From NCBI RefSeq assembly GCF_000039765.1, contig NC_004459.3, positions 1,110,001-1,142,000 on the forward strand: a stretch of 32,000 bases of DNA. Direction: 5' to 3'. Under the pieces are notes generated by a model that saw only the letters and a list, made by a program, of their open reading frames with translations, was not told the DNA's origin and searched no databases. A program made the position numbers and the translations under genes. The first letter of the stretch is position 1, and each line of letters starts with the position of its first letter. Below are positions 29,152-32,000 of the stretch, in pieces. The DNA is from Vibrio vulnificus CMCP6 (GTDB lineage Bacteria; Pseudomonadota; Gammaproteobacteria; Enterobacterales; Vibrionaceae).

Positions 29152-30375
29152 ATGAATACCACATACGTCGCACGGCAGCCGATCTTTAATCGGAAGAAAC
29201 ATACCTTAGGTTATGAACTTTTGTTTCGTGACGGAGAGAGCAATGCCTATCCGGTACACATCGAATCAAACCGCGCGACCTATCGCCTGATAGTGGAAAA
29301 CTTTCTGTCCGTAGGCACCAATCCGGCCATCGCTTCTTCACGCTGTTTTATCAACTTTCCGTATCAAACCTTGATTCGCCGTTTGCCACTCAGTCTGCCG
29401 AAAAACAAAGTCGTGATTGAGGTGCTGGAAACGTGTCAGCCAACGGATGAGCTGCTTGACGCCATTCGAGATTTGTATCGTGAAGGCTATGTGATCGCGC
29501 TGGATGACTTCACCTTAACCCCGGAGTGGCGACGTTTTTTGCCGTATGTGCACATCGTGAAATTGGATGTGATGGATTTGGGGATGGAGAAGGCGTGTGA
29601 GTTGGTCAAAGAACACTTGGCACGGCGCGTGAAATACCATTTCTTGGCAGAAAAAGTGGAAACGGCAGAAGAGTTTGAACTGGCGAAAGAGGCAGGATTT
29701 AAATTCTTTCAAGGCTACTTTTTTAGTAAGCCAGAGGTAGTGCAAACACGTTATGTCAGCCCTGAGCAGACCGTGGCGTTGGAGTTGTTTCGTGAAGTGT
29801 GCAAGAGCGAGCCAGATTTTGACCGCATTGAGCAGATCATTTCGCAAGATGTGGCGTTGTCTTACAAGCTGTTGCGTTTCGTCAATACTCAGTCGACTCG
29901 TCTTGAAGTCACCATCAGTTCGTTTCGCCAAGCACTGATTTACCTTGGGCAAGACAAGCTGAAAATGTTCGTCTCTCTGGTGGTGGCGTCTTATGTCTCA
30001 ACCAACAAGCCGCGTGAGTTGTATAACCTCTCGCTGCAACGCGCGCAATTTTGTGAGTTGATGTCTCGTCGTCACCCTTTCAGTAAGCACAACGAACAAG
30101 GCTTTATGATCGGTTTGCTGTCGATTCTCGATGCGATGATGGATCTGTCGGTGGAGTCTTTGGTTAACCACCTGCCATTGAGCGAAATTGCGAAACAGGC
30201 ATTACTGTGTCGTGGCGGTGCTTATGGGGCATTGATTGCACTCGAGGAGTGTTTCGAACAGGCAGACTGGCGTGGCATTGAGCAGTGGTGTGAACAACTG
30301 GGTTTGTCGATAGAAGAGGTGCGTTACGAATTGGTCGAAGCGCAGCGTTGGTCGCAGGAGTTTGCTCTGATCTAA
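29152..30375 (+). CDS. EAL-HDOD domain protein (YuxH-like)
   Basis: 407 aa: 'YVARQPIFNRKKHTLGYELLFRDGESNAYP', 'FINFP', 'VIEVLET', 'ALDDFTL', 'IVKLDV', 'AEKVE', 'FQGYFF' followed by the HDOD region 'RIEQIISQDVALSYKLLRFVNT'. Confidence 0.9.
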   Translation: MNTTYVARQPIFNRKKHTLGYELLFRDGESNAYPVHIESNRATYRLIVENFLSVGTNPAIASSRCFINFPYQTLIRRLPLSLPKNKVVIEVLETCQPTDELLDAIRDLYREGYVIALDDFTLTPEWRRFLPYVHIVKLDVMDLGMEKACELVKEHLARRVKYHFLAEKVETAEEFELAKEAGFKFFQGYFFSKPEVVQTRYVSPEQTVALELFREVCKSEPDFDRIEQIISQDVALSYKLLRFVNTQSTRLEVTISSFRQALIYLGQDKLKMFVSLVVASYVSTNKPRELYNLSLQRAQFCELMSRRHPFSKHNEQGFMIGLLSILDAMMDLSVESLVNHLPLSEIAKQALLCRGGAYGALIALEECFEQADWRGIEQWCEQLGLSIEEVRYELVEAQRWSQEFALI

Positions 30376-30412
30376 ACTGACACCACGCAATATGAATTTT
30401 TGATGACAACTG

Positions 30413-30443
30413 AGCCGACGCGTTGACGTCGGCTTTGTTTTTT
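30413..30443 (+). terminator. Rho-independent terminator after the EAL-HDOD gene
   Basis: AGCCGACG-CGTTGA-CGTCGGCT followed by TTGTTTTTT. Confidence 0.88.
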
Positions 30444-30481
30444 CTCAATATATACGCATATCCACATATAGGAATGTAAGC

Positions 30482-30817
30482 ATGCTACCACACCAGTTTT
30501 TTAAACTGCTTTCTGATGAAACTCGCGTTCGTTGCCTGATGCTGGTGGCTCGTGAAGGCAAGATTTGTGTTGGAGAGCTCACCTATGCCCTGCAAGAAAG
30601 CCAGCCGAAAGTCTCTCGTCATTTGGCACAGCTGCGAGCCAGCGGGCTGCTGGTGGATGAAAGACAGGGTCAATGGGTCTTTTATCGCCTCTCCGAACAG
30701 TTGCCTGGTTGGATGAAAAAAATGGTCGATGATCTGATTGCTTCCAACTGTTTAAAGCAAGTTTATCAACAAGATATTGCGCGCCTGCATCAACAAGATC
30801 GTGTGGCGTGCTGTTAA
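30482..30817 (+). CDS. arsR: ArsR/SmtB-family metalloregulator
   Basis: 111 aa: 'FFKLLSDETRVRCLMLVAREGKICVGELTYALQESQPKVSRHLAQLRASGLLVDERQGQWVFYRL'; ends RVACC. Confidence 0.88.
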   Translation: MLPHQFFKLLSDETRVRCLMLVAREGKICVGELTYALQESQPKVSRHLAQLRASGLLVDERQGQWVFYRLSEQLPGWMKKMVDDLIASNCLKQVYQQDIARLHQQDRVACC

Positions 30818-30846
30818 ATTGAAATTGAATCATTAGGGAATAGACC

Positions 30847-31848
30847 ATGACTATCAAAGTGGGAATTAACGGATTTGGCCGTATTGGCCGCTTGGCAATG
30901 CGCGCGGCCTTTGATTGGCCAGAATTGGAGTTTGTTTTAATTAATGATGTGGCGGGGGATTCTACCACATTGGGCCATTTGTTGGAGTTCGATTCAGTGC
31001 AGGGGCGCTGGCACCACGAGGTGACGGTGCAAGGTCAGCAATTGCACATCAATGGCCACGTGATTGAAACCACTCAACAGCGTGACATCAGTGCGGTGGA
31101 TTGGTCGGGCTGTGATGTGGTGATTGAAGCGACAGGCGTACATCGCAAAAGCCGCTTCCTTAATCAATACCTCGAGCAAGGCGTGCAACGTGTGGTGGTC
31201 AGCGCTCCAGTGAAAGAAGAGGGCATTGCCAATATTGTGGTGGGTGTGAATGACGAGATCTTCAACCCAGAGCAGCACCGCATTGTGACTGCAGCCTCGT
31301 GCACCACCAACTGCATTGCGCCAGTGGTGAAAGTGATTCACGAGAAACTCGGTATCGAACAAGCATCATTTACCACTATCCACGATCTCACCAACACGCA
31401 AACCATTCTTGATGCGCCACACAAAGATTTGCGTCGTGCCCGTGCCTGCGGCATGAGCTTGATCCCGACGACCACAGGCAGTGCCACGGCGATTGTGGAA
31501 ATTTTCCCAGAATTGAAAGATCGCATTAACGGTCACGCGGTGCGCGTGCCTCTAGCGAATGCCTCACTGACCGATATTATTTTTGATGTGAAGCGTGACA
31601 CCACTGCTGAAGAGGTCAACGCGTTACTCAAAGAAGCCTCGCAAGGGGAGTTAAACGGCATTCTCGGCTTTGAAGAGCGCCCATTGGTGTCGATTGATTA
31701 TCGTGGCGACCAACGCTCAACCATCGTCGATGCCCTCTCTACCATGGTGGTGGGTACACGCATGGTGAAGATTTACGCTTGGTATGACAACGAAATGGGC
31801 TACGCGACCCGTACCGCAGAGCTTGTGCGTAAAGTAGGAGCGGCATAA
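30847..31848 (+). CDS. ArsJ-operon-type glyceraldehyde-3-phosphate dehydrogenase
   Basis: 333 aa: '[19 protein letters not shown]', catalytic '[12 protein letters not shown]', '[11 protein letters not shown]'; follows arsR by 29 nt. The segment '[24 protein letters not shown]' differs from housekeeping GapA. Confidence 0.9.
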   Translation: MTIKVGINGFGRIGRLAMRAAFDWPELEFVLINDVAGDSTTLGHLLEFDSVQGRWHHEVTVQGQQLHINGHVIETTQQRDISAVDWSGCDVVIEATGVHRKSRFLNQYLEQGVQRVVVSAPVKEEGIANIVVGVNDEIFNPEQHRIVTAASCTTNCIAPVVKVIHEKLGIEQASFTTIHDLTNTQTILDAPHKDLRRARACGMSLIPTTTGSATAIVEIFPELKDRINGHAVRVPLANASLTDIIFDVKRDTTAEEVNALLKEASQGELNGILGFEERPLVSIDYRGDQRSTIVDALSTMVVGTRMVKIYAWYDNEMGYATRTAELVRKVGAA

Positions 31849-32000
31849 TGGCAACGTCAATCACCAACCACCCTGTTTGGCAATTGGACCTACCGTCTGG
31901 CGCATTGGTCTTAACACCTTGCCCTGGTACCAAAGGGGTCGATTTACGTTCGTCATTGCAACAGTTGGCGGACAGCGGTGTACAAGCCGTTGTGACGGCG
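31848..32000 (+). CDS. CDKN3-like / dual-specificity phosphatase-like protein, 5' fragment cut by the window edge
   Basis: Manual translation: [51 protein letters not shown]; start overlaps the GAPDH stop (TAATG). The family call rests on the 'LTPCPGTKxVDLxxSLxxLxxxGxxAVVT' N-terminus recalled from such proteins. Confidence 0.6.
   Translation, partial: MATSITNHPVWQLDLPSGALVLTPCPGTKGVDLRSSLQQLADSGVQAVVTA

Noticed and set aside
30847-31848. GAPDH interpreted as the central glycolytic gapA
   Set aside because: Coupling to arsR and a phosphatase-like ORF, plus divergence in the [24 protein letters not shown] segment, fit the arsenic-associated paralog better.
1-32000. Search for CRISPR arrays, tRNA/rRNA genes, retrons, toxin-antitoxin pairs, prophage or defense islands
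   Set aside because: No regularly spaced repeats, cloverleaf-like intergenic segments, reverse transcriptase, paired small ORFs or phage genes were visible; intergenic gaps are short and mostly explained by terminators and promoters.

Overview
The window reads as conserved gammaproteobacterial chromosome, most likely Vibrio (inferred from gene order and protein sequence; species not resolved). No tRNA/rRNA, CRISPR array, IS element, integron or phage module is visible. From left to right it contains: an asnC 5' fragment; a periplasmic-sensor PAS/GGDEF/EAL protein; rsmJ; a Cys-containing, Lys-rich small protein; an EamA transporter; uspA, a ferritin gene and uspB; a BaiN/YhiN flavoprotein; the hemCDXY operon divergent from cyaA (TTG start, candidate CRP site); cyaY, lptM, lysA, dapF, a DUF484 gene, xerC and yigB; a FIST-degenerate GGDEF-EAL fusion; a DTW-domain protein; a large lipoprotein; an EVE-domain protein; a YigL-like HAD phosphatase; pldB; rhtB; an EAL-HDOD protein; and the start of an arsR - GAPDH - CDKN3-like phosphatase operon that runs off the right edge. 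The parts most worth a second look are the FIST/EAL fusion, the arsR-GAPDH-phosphatase operon, the three c-di-GMP-type proteins in 30 kb, and the cyaA regulatory region. I found no convincing evidence of a wholly new system.
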